From: the human T2T-CHM13v2.0 reference genome, Homo sapiens
DNA length: 64,000 nt
NCBI RefSeq assembly: GCF_009914755.1
Contig: NC_060937.1
Direction: 5' to 3' (one strand)
Positions 39,717 through 53,650 of the stretch are shown one piece after another. How positions within the stretch are numbered: position 1 is the stretch's first letter; the number at the start of each line of letters is the position of its first letter. The position numbers and the translations under genes are program-made. The notes under the pieces are model-generated. The model did not search any database and had not been told where the DNA came from. It worked only from the letters and a program-made list of their open reading frames with translations.

Positions 39717-40199
39717 TGATATGCTAAAATCCACCACGTTAAGTCATATCAGCAGAGAGCTGGGTGCCCAAACCTCCCAGTAGTGGGTCTCTGCCAAACT
39801 ACTTACAGCAATTTTGGCATGATAACCTCAGCCCATATTGATGGCTAATATGCATTTGAAACTTACAGTTGTGTCAGCTGTAAGGATGTAGTTGAAAATC
39901 TTGTTTAATGTAACACAAAACCTATTCCGTGTCCCCTATGTTTTTTCTAGCTCCCCATAGCCAAAATTTTTCCCTAATTTCTCAGGAGATGGAACAGATC
40001 CCCAGGCTACAATCTGCCTTCATCCAAATCTGCAGTTCTCTAACTCTATTAATTAAGAACTTATTTTTCCTCAGAGATTCTCTCTTTTGTTATTTATTGA
40101 TGTGGATTTTCCCTTTTATTTTGATGTACTTGGAGGGTAAAGGGGTAATTTGTTATTTTTCCTTACTTCAAAGATTCAAACAAAAATAGATTGTATCTC

Positions 40200-40630
40200 T
40201 TCAGTTATCATTAAACATGTCTTGGCTAAAGTGGTAAGTTGTTTTTTTCTTGTTGTGGTTGTTTTAATTTTCATTTCTTTGATTTATTACTGAGGTTAAT
40301 TTTTTCAAGTATTTATAAACTATTCTATGTCCTCATTTGTGAATGTCATGTTTGTGAGCCATTTACATACTGGATTCTCAGTGTCTTATTGTATTATACA
40401 ACTTCATCATGTATCAAAGACATAATCTTTGGTTTGTATATATATATATATTTGTACTTTGGTTTATATTTATATATCTTATATTTATATAATTATTATA
40501 TATACATATAATTATGTAATTATATAAATATAAGCCTTATAAAATGGCTTATGTTTTGAGAAACAGAGGGCTTACATTTTCATGCAGTAAAATCTATCTA
40601 TCTCTTTCTTTTGTGATTTCTTCCATTGCC
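40200..40630 (-). mobile_element. Degenerate L1M(E) fragment containing an AT-rich expansion
   Basis: TTTTAATTTTCATTTCTTTGATTTATTACTGAGGTT and TGCAGTAAAATCTATC resemble antisense L1 ORF2. Confidence 0.55.
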
Positions 40631-41274
40631 TTCATACTAATTACCGTTTAATGCAATTTAAAAAAATTACTTCTTGTGGGTTTGGACATGGTCGTATAAT
40701 TTTTACAAGTCTTGTTTCATAAACAGGCATAGTAGTAGAGTGCTTAGAGGACAAAAATGCACAATAAATATTTGTTGCTATATTGATAAATGATACTTGA
40801 TTAATCTATGGAGTTTACACTTCCCCCAAAGTTATGCTGAAAATTTTTAACAGGAATACATTAATATTCATTTGCATGAGCATTTCCTTTTGGACACTTA
40901 CAGAGAATTCAAATAAAGTCATGCTTTTGGACATTAGCAGAAAACTACACCCTTATCAATATTCTTGATTGAATAAGGGAGAAACTCTTTATCATATATT
41001 TCAATTTGCCTGGCTTACCAAAAATCCTATCTCATGTATGCTGAGGCTCTTGAGTCCAGCTTTACTACATGAAGCATCTGTCAGAGAAATAGGAAAGAAT
41101 TAAATTGTAACATGATTTCACATCTAGTGAATATATTTCTATCAATTTTTTTGTGCATGACTGTGAGATTGTTGAATCAGTTAGTACTGCATTTGGGGTC
41201 CCAGAAGACTAACTCCTGGTGAGGAGGAAAATACTAAAGTTAGATGGAAGGTTCAAGTCTTAACTGTGATTCAC

Positions 41275-41330
41275 AGAGGGAGGTGGGGCGGGAAGGAACC
41301 AATCACCAAGAAGCCAGCGGCAGAGAAGGA
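41275..41330. promoter_or_regulatory. GC box plus CCAAT box pair
   Basis: GGGGCGGG (41285-41292) adjacent to AACCAATCA (CCAAT 41299-41303); motif evidence only. Confidence 0.25.
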
Positions 41331-42248
41331 AAAAAATGTATTTTGCAATGAAAAACAATCACAGCTTGTTCTTTTTATTTATCCCAGTATACCACTTGAA
41401 ATGCAAAGGAATGGCAGTTTTACAGAAATTAGTGTCCCTACTTTTTGCCACATCTTAATAAAGCAGGGTAAGCTGACATACATATTTTGATAAATATAAA
41501 TATATGGCAAAATCCATATGTCATCTCCCCGAGTACTGATTAGTTGATCATAATAACCTCTAAGTTGGAAAAGGGATTCCATTAAAAAACTTCGAGGAGT
41601 TTCTATGGGTATCCTTCTTGCCCTTGGCTTCTCTACTGATGTACAATCCCACACCTCCTACCAGCTGCCCTCCCTTCTTCATACCAGCCAATGCAATGGT
41701 GCAAAAGGGCATCCCCAGAGTCAACCTGTTGACCCCAGTAGTGCTAATTCCCTTAAGTACCTTACATCTTGAGTTTGGTCCTCACACTCTTGCTAGCTTT
41801 TGAATGGCTTCCTGCTTCCAGAGGCTACCCTAACTGGAATTTGGCTTTTCGTTTTCTTCTGTGGTCTCAGGGACACTCATGTGACTTCCTCTTTTTTAAC
41901 CATGACAGGGAAGAGAGATGGGGTTTTCTTAACACCATCTGGGGCCTCACCACTGTGCAGTCTCTGTTCCTATGGTGTCCTGTAGCTCTGCTGCCCATCT
42001 GCAGTTGGCAATTGTTTCCACACTGTTCAAGGGTAAAGGAGACATTCTGAATTTTTAAATCAGGGATCAGTTGCCCTCACATCTTGTTCTAGTGTCCAGA
42101 CGACTGTAGCCCTGGGCAGCTGCAGCAAGCTGAACAATACAGTTCATGACAAAGGGAGGCTTATTTTCTAGAGCTTTGAGTTGCCAACATGCGTGTATGG
42201 TCAAGCAGCCCACACATACCACGTGGATACCTTTCCAGAGGTAGCTTC

Positions 42249-42690
42249 TGTACTGGGCTGAAGAGTGTCCCCCAGGATTCATGCCCACCTGGAACCTGTG
42301 AATATGACCCTATTGGGAAACCAGTCTTTGTAGATGTAATCAAGGTAAGATGAGGTTGTACTGGCTTAGGGTGAGCACTAAATCTAGTAAGATAGGTGTC
42401 CTGATAAGCAGAGGGAAATATGGACACAGAGACAGACAGACAGGGAGAATACCATGTACGATGGGGACAGAGATTGGGAGTGATGCATCTACAAACCAAT
42501 GAACACCAAGAGTTGCTGGCAGCAAAAGAAACTGGAAGAAGTAGGGAAGGATTCTCCCCCAGAGGCTTCAGAAGTAGTGACGTCATGCTGACACCTTGAT
42601 TTTAGACTTCTAGCTTCCAGAACTGTGGAGAATAAAGTTCTGTGGTTTAAAACCACTTTGTAGTAATTTGTATAACAGGGAATTAATAGA
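42249..42690 (+). mobile_element. MLT1C-like solo LTR
   Basis: TGTACTGGGCTGAAGAGTGTCCCC...CTGACACCTTGATTTTAGACTTCTAGCTTCCAGAACTGT; TSD-like GCTTC and GCTTG. Confidence 0.88.
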
Positions 42691-44050
42691 GCTTGATTCA
42701 GCAGATGCTTATCTGGAAAATATGATTATTCAGTTCAACTGAAGGTAACAAAAGTCGTCCATCCAAAGAGTTATCACAAATGGCTCCAGGGTAGCTCCTA
42801 GGGAGGGGCCTGCCGTGTGAGGTGAGTGATTGTCGTCTGTTCCCTTACTTCGGCCCACTTAAGGCAGTTGGATATTTATGGCCATAAGGGTTTCTGCTGG
42901 CCCCATCTTAGGGCAAATTGGCGACGCTGGGTTATATACCATCAGTGTCCAGCTTAAGGGCCTGCCGTAAGGAAATCTGATGTCCTAAACACTTGTTGAA
43001 CATTGCTAATCTGGGCTTTATCTCTGATCTATCCTTGTATACATATAGCTGAATATTAGTTTATGTTTATATTTCCTCTCTGTGTTTTTCTCTTTCATCA
43101 CATCCTAGTATAGAGCTGGTCTACCTTTGCGTTTTCTTGCCCCAGGAAAATTTTGTCGCAGTGTGGAAAGCAGAAGTTGTCTGTAAAACTTCCTGTTCTT
43201 TCTTTTTGATTTGTTTGTTTCTGAAAGCCAAAGTTTCAAGGGGAAGGGATGTCTTATAGAAAGCAGCATGGTGGCTGGGAAGAAATACAACCAGAGAACA
43301 AAATTTCTTAAACTAAAATAAATTCCCCAAGTCTGGTGGGTGGACAGGGCCAGGAGAGCAGCAGAAATGTTCCTAGTTCTTCTGAGCAGCCTCTTGAGAA
43401 TGTGACAAGTCTCTGAAGAGGAAGCTCCTGGGTGCATCCTGCCAGAGAGAACTCCGGATGCACCTCCTTGAATACATCCTTGCCCCATGCAAGCACAGAA
43501 GCTGCAGATGCTTGTTGCAGAAACAAAGAGAACATCTCAGCTGTACCCAGTGTGGTGCATGACCAGTGGCCCGAGGGACTCTAACATCCTGGCACTGTGT
43601 GGGACACTGAACCATGGAATAGCCCTGGATTAGTGTGGGGGCCCCAAGAATGAATCCTGTTTCCTGCCAGTAGGGAATTAGGTAGGCTCAGAATTGCAAA
43701 TAAACTGATTTATGGAAAATAAATATATGCGGCATTTTTTGCTCATTTGAGTTTGTAGCCTAAGATTCAGCCCCTCTCTTTTCTTCTAGTGGAAACTGAT
43801 ACCAAGAGGGTGCACTTTGTCTGTGGGATTCATTGGTCACAGTAGGTTCATTATCCAATGAGCTCTTCCACCTCCACAGATGTGGTCACCAGGCTTTCAG
43901 CAGCAGACTCTGTTGGTCTCTTGATATTGGAGGGCACTTTTCAAGGCCTCCAACATTTGTACTTATGGTTTACCACCCAACGCCCACAAACCAATGGTCT
44001 TCAAAACATGCAAAATGGGTACCTGCCAAATTTCTACTCTGGTTACATCT

Positions 44051-44229
44051 TTTAATTTATTTATTCATTTTATTATTATTGAGACAGAGTCTTTCTCTGT
44101 CACCCAGGCTGGAGAGCAGTGGTGCAATCTCGACTCATGGCAACCTTCACCTCCTGGGTTCAAGTGATTCTCATGCCTCAGCCTCCCGAGTAGCTGGGAT
44201 TACAGGTGTGCGCCACCATGCCCGGCTAA
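44051..44229 (-). mobile_element. 5'-truncated AluS (right arm only)
   Basis: Ends at CCCGGCTAA; long TSD TCTACTCTGGTTACATCTTTTAA (44033-44055) and TCTACTCTAGTTACATCTTTTAA (44231-44253). Confidence 0.92.
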
Positions 44230-47200
44230 GTCTACTCTAGTTACATCTTTTAACGCCTACCTGTCCACTACAAAATGACATTTTAGCTGCACCTACTCCA
44301 CTTTGAATGCTGCTTTGGCCTTACACCCTGCTCCTCCTCTCTACTCCACAACCCTACTAACATGCTGAAAGGCAGCCAGTATCTGAGTGAAATACAGGTG
44401 TCTTAGAAGGATCCTGAGATCCTTAAAGGGAAGGCCCCAGATAAAATGTGGGCCAGAGCATCAGATTGTACCTGGTTCTCCTCTCAGTACATCCACTCCA
44501 CCTGCCTCTGCCAGAAGTTTTAGAATGTTCTCTGGGATTCTTCAAAGTGAGGGAGGAGAACATCCCTGTGGACTTTGGATCCTAATTGCCCATCTTGTTG
44601 TTGACTCTATCTTGCTTTACCTAATGGATCATGACCTTGTCCTTTACCTTGACTCTGGTGATTGGCTTGATGAGAAAGAGAACAAGTGGTACAGGAAGCA
44701 CTGGACTCCCAGGAATGTAGCCTGGGCAGTCTAACGTGAAGACTGCTTCTCATTGAAGGGATTAGGAGTCCCTTTAGGATCTCTCCCAAGTGGCTTACAG
44801 AAACCCAGACTGTGTTTTGCTGTGTAATTGTGGAGTAGGAGGGGGTGGTATTTGAAGAAGCACTCCCTAATGGCCACTTCCCTTACCCCAGTCTTCAATG
44901 AAGGTGTGGCACACAAAGGCAGTTTTTTCATTTTGTGTCCTGAACACATACAATTGCTGATATTTCCTGTATCACTACATTTTGGATGTCATTCATTTAT
45001 TTGTTCATCAAATGTCTGCCATCTTATGTACCAGGTACTTTTCTAGGCCATGAAGAAGCATTAGTAAAACCTATAAATGTTGTCTTAATCCCTTCCTTAT
45101 GGATTTGACGTATTTGAACAATTTCTTACTTTCTGAGGCCATCTTATCCAGATTTATTTCTTCCCTTTCTCTTTGCACATACAGGGCTAGCTTCTGAGAC
45201 CCCATCTTGGGCTAGAACCTTTTTGTCTAGGTTCCAGAAGGAACATTTGACAATACCCTAAAACATATTTGAGTAAATAGTACATGCAGGTATGCACAGA
45301 GTGTGATTTTTGCCCTGGTTTTGGAATGAATCGAGGGTCTAAATTGTGCTACATAATTAAGTTTGTTCTGGAGAAGAATGCTTTGGTGAGGACAAGGACT
45401 TACAGGAGGATCCTTGCTGAAAAGTTAACAAAGTCTTCCTTCTGTTGAAGCTGGAGAGCCAAAGCCCCGAAGTCTGTCCTCCTCAGCACGTCTGCCACCT
45501 TCGCACTTAGATGATTTATGTAAAAGCCTTTTGTTGTTTCTCATAATATCATAGAACTTTAAGCTCAAAAAGAAAAAGGGAAAGAATAACAAGGATAATT
45601 CTTGGTGAGGTGGCGGGAACACCCAGCCTGCCTGCTCAACCTTCACCCTAAATGAGATTTCTTTTTTCTTTTTAATAAAGGGTATGTACTTTCCCAGTCT
45701 TTTGACAGAAAAAAAATATGAGTGTTCCCTTGGGTACACTTTCTGTTAGGAAAGCAAATAACGGAAGGAGACCTCTGATTCAAGAAAAGATTTCATAAAT
45801 ATTTCCCAGAAAGACCTGCCTTACTGAGAAGACAGAACAAAAATGGGAAATTCTGAAGTGAAGGCAAACATTGTCTGCTGAGTGTTCTTGCAGAAACATC
45901 TGTCTCAGCTCAGCCTATGTTTGGCAGTTCTTTTCTGTCCTGCAGAATGGAGATCCCTAAATACCGCTTGGGATAGTTGAGAGTGAGAGGCTTTTCCATG
46001 CTTCTTTTCTATCATCCCTAGGATCTAAATCCTGCCTGATAAGCACATTTTATTTTCAGTCAACAATTATTTATTGAGCAACTACTGTGTTCCAGCTTAG
46101 TGCATTTGTGAATTTCTAAGGCCAGGCTTTTTTCTCATTATGGTTTATGGGCAGATATAAAGTGAATGTGGAAATAGTGCAGATGTTTAAAACTGAATTA
46201 CCAAACCTGAGATAAGAGGGTTGTTAAGTATCAAATGGACACTTTGTTCAACAGCCTGCCAAAATCCTTGGGGTGAAGAATATGAATAGACCTAAGTGCT
46301 GATATACACTGAAGAAAGAACATTGTATCAAATGTAGCCAAAACAGTTGATCATGGAGTAGACTTCATATTTTCCAAAGGACTCAGTTATTAATATATAG
46401 TGGTCAACATTTCTCTAGTACCGTGGTTGATATTTTCTAAGGCATCTATTATAAGGTGTGTAAATTTCCTGTAGGGTCATGAGCCTGCTATAGAATTTAT
46501 AGGTGGCCACGTGGAGAAAGTTTACTTCAAGACAGGTGTCAAGAACAAGTTTAAATATTGCCTAAGCACACATGTATGGATTTGTCTGTTTCTGTTCTTT
46601 AATTGTCTGAGATTCCCTGCATAAGAAGAAGTTCTAGAGCTACAGTTGCTGGATATTAAGAGGATGCAGGTGACTGGTAGCATTTCTGTGTCTTGCGAGT
46701 GTCTGAGCTTCTGTGAGGGACATTTACTTGGCTTTTTCTGCCCACTGTGAACTGGTCTCAGAAGATCTTGGGTCTGAAGGCTTCTGATTCAATGGGATTC
46801 ATTCTTACTTCTCCTGCTAATACTGATTGAAGAGTGCTTGGAAGTTACCAACCTGCAGAAAGTCTTGAAGGGGCAGAAGTAGGTGAAGCATTTGGGAGTG
46901 GATGCTTGCTCTCCTTATACCTCTTTATTTATCTCTGTTCTTAGAGAGATAAGTGTATAAAATGACAGGAAGCATCATTTTCTTCACCTTTCCTTATGAC
47001 ACGATGTGCTAAAGGGATTCTTACTGTATGAGTCATGTTGGTCAATGATCTTTAGTCTAACAGATCATAACTTGATAAGCGGGCAAATTATTGTTCAGTT
47101 TGGACTTCGTGTTTTGGATTAATGAGCATGTGTGCAAATCAATCAACTTATTTTCTTTCCAGGGAGGAATGTATAATATTAAATGCCTATGGGATGAAAT

Positions 47201-47519
47201 GTGTGGGAAGCAACATAAGTGATGGAGTAAAAATCTATGGGCCCCAAATAGCAACACTTCTCTCTCTGTGCCCCTGGTCTGCCCTTCCCAGGCCAGGGCC
47301 TTCTGACAATGATAAGAAAGGGATAAGATGGTCTTGTCAGTGGCAAGCAGCCAAAATAAAAGCGAACTGAGTGATGAGAAAGACCAGGGCCAGCAACTGC
47401 TTTGCAGCAATAACCTCATGCAATTAAAGGCCTTCATAGAAATTTCAGTTTTAAAGTCCATTCCTGTATTCCAGTACTTCTGTAACCTGCAGAAAAATGA
47501 CACATGCTTCTATAAAAAG

Positions 47520-47720
47520 AGAAAGATGGGTGTGGTAGGAAAATCCTGACAGAGGAATCAGAAAATCTGGGTTTTAATCCCACTTTTGTTATTTATTGTG
47601 TATTATTAGAGAAGTCACATCACCTCCATGAGCTCCAGTATTTTTCTCTGTAATATGAAGATAACATCCATTTACAGAACTTTTGTAAGCATTAAATATG
47701 TGTGCACTGCTTTGTAAAAT
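47520..47720 (+). mobile_element. MIR SINE
   Basis: GGAATCAGAAAATCTGGGTTTTAATCCCAC...AAGTCACATCACCTCCATGAGC. Confidence 0.65.
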
Positions 47721-48489
47721 AGAATGTCCTCAAAATCTTAAACATTCTATGTTCAATAACAATAATAATAGTAAAACCTGATTAAGAGCATCTTTGAGGC
47801 AGATATGGTCTTACTGAGCATGCAGATTAAGGAATCTCCATGTTCTCTTAGGCTGCCAATTTGTTTAGACCAAACATAAACACCAACACTCACTTCTTGA
47901 GAAGTTTAATCTCAACCTATCAGCCGTGTGAAAACCTCAGTTGAATATTGATATCATACTAGCTGTGTACACTTAACACGAGAACAGGGTTTTAAGGCAG
48001 TCATAGTATGACCACAAATATTCATCTTGATCAAGACCAGACAAAAGATATATTTGAAAACCAGTACAAATAAGATATATGAATTAAGAAAGATCCCCAA
48101 TTTAGTTCATATGTCCAAAATAATGTCAAGAAACCATTGTGTGAAACCAAGTCCCAGAACTGCTCATATGTGCGTGTCATTCCAAGGCAAGAGCTCAGTT
48201 TGGACAAATCCCCAGATGGTTGGCATCATCTTCAATTTAGTTAAATTGCAGGATATATTGTTTCCAACAATTGGATTTCATGACCTCAATCTTGACGCAG
48301 TATAACTAAAATACAAGGAACGTTTTTAACATCATTAGATGCCCCAACCATATTTTGTACTTATAAGAACCACATTGGCCCCCTCAGCTACTGGCTGGGA
48401 TTCATCTTTTATTGGAAATTATACTAAAAATAAAATAAATAAGGAAAGTTTCATTTTTTTCCCCCATGTGTGCTAGGTTGTGGCACATG

Positions 48490-48571
48490 TACTATGGTGA
48501 TCCGATAGATTTCAGGGTCAGTGTAAGAATATATTTTTACATCCCTGGATTCAGTTTGGATAACCCTGGTA
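48490..48571 (+). other. 82-nt imperfect palindrome (MITE-like or pre-miRNA-like hairpin)
   Basis: About 32 base pairs closing a TATA loop; TA at both ends. Confidence 0.6.
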
Positions 48572-50329
48572 AAAAAAAAACTAGATACCCAAAAACTGAG
48601 ATTAATCCTTTAAAAAATGTCAGTGTGTCTCCTACTTCAAGCATCATTTATCACCACTTTTTTAAAAATCTTTTCTACTCCCATAGTACCATCTATTAAT
48701 AAGAACATGCCATGGTCTTAGAAGGAGGTTAAAATCAAATATTTTGCATTTGACATAAGACGCCCAGCTAAATAATAACTTTCCTCTTTTAACACATGGA
48801 GTTAATTTTGCGTCTCCTTGAGAGAAAGTTTGTTTTTCTTAGCTAGGCTTCTCTGTTTGGCCTTAGCATTTCTGTCACCAGCAGCCCCCTTCCCACCACC
48901 ACTATTAAGCAGAAACTCCAGCCATGGCATTCAACAAAGAAGTGGCAAGCCTCCAAGAAATATATTTCCCACAAACACACAGCTGAGAACATTACAAACT
49001 GGGTAGGTCTGGTTTATGTTTGGTTCACCTCCGAATGTCTCAAGTAAAACTCAGTTGAATGGACCAGTGGCAATTGAGAAAAATCACTCGCGAACTCTGG
49101 GTTTACTGTTCCGACATGCCCCACGTGAGCTTTTGTCTTAGGTGATGCCTTATGGTTTGCTGACAGAGGACATCAAAGAATGGGGACCAGGCTGAGGACA
49201 ATTTGCACCATCTTTAATCATCTGGCGAAAGCTCAAGAGGATTTGTTCAGATTCAGTGAAGTAAAAATCCTCCACTTCAGCACCTCGTTCAGACGATATG
49301 AGAACCAGATGGGTCTGTACACGCAGCCTGATTGCTACTGTCTGATGTAGACTATTGGAATTGTGTACATCTGTGCCATGGCATCAGGGAATGCCACAGC
49401 CCTTGCTTTTGCTTGGTAGACCACACTAGACCTTTTCTAATTAATGGAAGAACGAAAACATTCGTTCAAAAGGCACCTTGTCCTAGTCATTTGTAAATTC
49501 ATTAGTTAATGAAACATTACATCAGGTTAGGACTTTACAGTTTACAAAGTACTTTCATTTCCTCATTTAATCCTTAAAATAACCTTGTGAAATACACAGG
49601 ACTGTTGAAAGAGGCTGTGCAGTAGAGGAGAAAATCCAGTGTGCTACCATTTCTGCCTTTAAACGTTTGGTGTTAACTTATATACAGTCTAACGTTGAAT
49701 TATAGCAAATTACAAAATATGTATGTGCCCCTGGACCATGTTTCCTCCTAAGGGGATTATCCTTCTCCACACATAATTTATGGGGCACTGATTGTCAGAC
49801 CTTTCCATTGGCGTACTCATAACTGTACAGAAGAATGACTTTGTTTCGAGTGGGTGAAGGGTGAATATTTGGAAGAAAAGTTTGAATAGCAGGTTAAAAT
49901 GCCATGTTGAGAAGTCACATTTAAAAAAAAACTTAAAATACCTCATCCATTTTGAAAAATATCTACATGCTTACTTTTGTTACCCAATTTTAGGCAAAAC
50001 TGGCACACTAGAAAGAGAAGCCACATCTATATGCAATGCGTATCCCAGAAACTTCGATTATTTCATAATTGCTCAAACAAAAATATTTCCTTTATTCTTT
50101 TATATACCCTACAGATGTCCAGTGCTAATAATATTAGAGTAATATTGGGATAGATTTTTCCTCAGGTTGTTTGGCCCAGTGTTTTTAGTTAAGGTGACTG
50201 TGCTGACAATATGGCTATTGAAGTTATGGTTACCAGGCATCTCTGTGGAGAAAAACTATGTCTGCATGCTCTGATAATTTAGGGGCAATTTTTGTTAGGC
50301 TTGTCTCTCAGTTCCTCACAAGCAAATAT

Positions 50330-50850
50330 GGTAACAATCCACCTCGGTTTCCAATTCCTTAGCCTACAGAATCAAGTCCAAATTCCTCTGCAAGGAAAAC
50401 AAGGATCTTCATCATCTGGCCCTGCCCCTGTGTCTCTCTTCATCTTTGGCCACTTGTACTTTTCTCTCCTTCAGCACTTAAGTCCTTGTAGTCCCTAAAC
50501 ACACGAGCATTTCTCCATATCTACACTTTTGTCCATTTGCACATACCATTCTCTTCAACGTGCTTTTTCCCTGCTAATGAGAATAGAAAACTACTCATCC
50601 TTCAATGTTATCTCAAGCTTGACTTCTATTAATTGCATTTTAACCTCCTGGAGTGGACTGAGGTATCTTCTTTTATGCCTCCATTACACTTGTTAATCTC
50701 GCCGTGGTACCAACCATGATATATTTTACTGCCTGTCTGTCTGTCTCCTGAGTAGGTTATAAAATATTTGAAAGCAGGAGCTAAGGAGCCATCTGTCATG
50801 GTGTCTTACACAGAGCAAGCACTCAAGCGATTGTGGAAGAAATGAAGGAT
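50330..50850 (+). mobile_element. L2 fragment
   Basis: GCCTACAGAATCAAGTCCAAATTCCT...CATCTGGCCCTGCCCC...CTACTCATCCTTCAA...GCACTCAAG. Confidence 0.65.
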
Positions 50851-52193
50851 GGACCACATGACTCCACAGCAGTCATTTAAAAGTGGTTCTTGTCGATGTC
50901 ACCCCAAAACAGCTGTAAAGAAAGAAAATATACCTTTTCTTTTCTTTCTTCTCTTTAAGTAACAAATTCTGTCATTTCAAAAATTATAATCTTAAATATA
51001 ACATTCTTAAAAAGTGATTTGGCTATACTTTTTAGGTTTGCTAGAAGAACTATTTTGATGAAATGCCATCAGCAATGTCATAGAAGAGCAAAGGACAGTA
51101 AATGGCTTTACAAAACACTAAGTTATAGCAAGTCACAATATGCTAAGTTATCCATTAAGTGGTTTAATTGATAATGAGACTTATAGGTTAAAATAGAACA
51201 GGAGGAGAGGGAGTTGTAACAACTAACATGTGGTATAAATAGTACGGGGTATTTTACTCAGATTATGACTTTCCTCATTCATTGTCTCATTCATTAAGGA
51301 TGTCTCATAACATTAAGGATGTTAAGGATGTTGTTAATGACAGAGTCTTCATAATAACTAGTTTTTCTCAACTTCTGAGATATATTAAGAATTCAGTGAC
51401 TTGTCACAGGCTTTAATGTATGATTACAGTATCACAACCAAGAAAGCAGGATAACATTAGGTCAGAGCTGTGGATGGAGGGCAGGAGCCTGAGTCTATGA
51501 CTACTCTCTGAAGTTATTTATGTTAGAGGATGTTTCAGCTCTTATTACGTGAAGCTCCATAGTTATAGTTTTATCAGTTATTCTTATCAAATGAACTTCC
51601 TTAATTTTGTTCTCTTTCTTTATATTCTTTTGGATAAGAATATTATGGAGAGCACTTTGCATCCTTTACCAATTTTGGATTGGGTTAGCTTAAATGAAAA
51701 TAATAAGATAATCAAGGATGGAGCATATCACTATAGTTGTCCAGGAGTCACAAACACATGTAACTTCTTACATGGTGGCACAGGAATTATTGAGAAACTC
51801 AGATGATGTAAGGTAAGTAAAATGCCTGGAATCAAATGAAAGAAGGGAATTAATTTATATGTCCATTAATGGCCTTAGATCACACACACACATGGTTTTC
51901 ATTTTCATTTCTTAGCAACCAGTTACATTCCAAGGTTGGTACACCAGCTTGAGATTACATCTTTGTAGTCACAGTGTATACTCTTATAATCCATATACAG
52001 AGATGCACCTAAAACCTCATCTTCTGTGGCCATAGCTGCTATGTATATGGCAGGTACCTAAGGCATGTCAGTGGAACCATACCCTCTAGACAGATAATTC
52101 TGATCCCTATTATTATGAGGATTATTATGTGATGCTAAAAATCCCCATCTCTCTTAATGTTTTCGATTAATGGAAGCACTTTTCACAATAATT

Positions 52194-52690
52194 CTGTATG
52201 ATGTCTCCAAAGGTGGCCCCTAATGAGCTATGTCTTAGGGTGTTCAAATCTTTGTGTGGTCTCCTCCCACGTTACATCTGGGCTGGTCTGTGGCTCATGT
52301 TACCCATGGAATGCAACAGGAGTGACCCCGTGCCAGCTCTGTTCCTAGCTTTTAAGAAACTCGCAGCTTCTGCTTCCTTCCTCTTGAGATAGTCACTTTT
52401 TGGGACCCCTGAGCCACTATGTAAGAAGGCTGGCTATCTTCTTGAAGAAACCCTGTGGTCAGCACTGAGCCTATGAGGCACGAGAGTGGGGCTGTCTCTC
52501 AACTTCCCAATCGAGCTTCCAGATGACTCCAGGCCCAGGCAACATTTGATTACAATCTCATGAAAGACTCCAAGAGAGACCATCAGAAGACTCCTGGTCT
52601 GACCACTGAATTGTGAGAGGTAGTAAATGATAACTGTTGTTTGGAGATAGTAGATATTGGAGTGATTTGTTACATAGCAATAGATAACCA
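52194..52690 (+). mobile_element. Old MLT1 (G/H-like) solo LTR
   Basis: CAAAGGTGGCCCCTAATGA...CAGCTTCTGCTTCC...GATTTGTTACATAGCAATAGATAACC. Confidence 0.8.
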
Positions 52691-53444
52691 AGATAGTATT
52701 GCAATATTGAAAACACATCTCAAAATTGCTGATCTGAAATATACTTTAGAAAATAATTGGTTCTTAGTTGCCCGGAGGGCTTAAGTTGCTGTTGCGCAGG
52801 CTGAGGCTGTTGGAATCCTGGTTCAACTCTGACTGAAGTTGTGCCTTCTATGGAAAAGATCCAGTAGCTTATTCCCAAGGGTCTTAAGAACGCTGAGATG
52901 ACCCAGGTGGTTGAGACAAAAGATATTTTCAGGGACTCCCCTCACCTTGCTCTGCCCAACAGATTGGCCTTGGAAATAAAAATCAAAATCCTTTTTGATG
53001 CTGTTTTGTCTTTCCTAACCCTCATACTTGCAGCCAAATTCTTCTAATCATGTTTTTATATTTATTAGTTTTATATTTATTATTATATCTATCTCTCTTA
53101 GAAGTGAAAGGGATGAAAAGAAGGAAGGGTAAAATATACCAAGATAATGATTTTGTAAAAAATGGAGTCTGGAAAGACCTAGGGCTGGGTGGATGAATGA
53201 GAAAGAAAACAAGGCAAAAGAAAATGCATAATTAAGACAAATTAGTTTTTTCTTAAATCTCAAATTTTTTGTATTTCTTGTAATTTTGATAATGCCATAT
53301 ACTTATGAAGCTCTTTGTGAGTTTCAAAGCCTTTTTCTCTTACAGTAGGTCGTTTGCCTTAGGACAGTCCTGTAAGATAAGCAGGACATAATTCCTCCTA
53401 GTTTAGAGGATGCTTTAACAATTATTTCCATTTTATGAATATGT

Positions 53445-53650
53445 TACCTGGCAATGGTATGGTAATTCTATTTGCATATTATGTGTAGAACATTTGTATA
53501 TGTTCACCTGGGTTGATTTTTTTTTTCAGGTTATTTTGAAGTTAAAAGGTGACCAATACTATTGATCAGTGTTATTCTATGGCCTCACTAAAATTTGCTG
53601 AAGTTTTCATTCATTCATTTATTCATCCTTTTAGTTTACTTTTTGTCAAA
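53445..53650 (+). repeat. Copy 1 of a diverged ~200-bp local direct duplication
   Basis: Homologous to 55342-55557; 53464-53521 versus 55369-55426 match at 51/58 positions without gaps. Confidence 0.9.
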
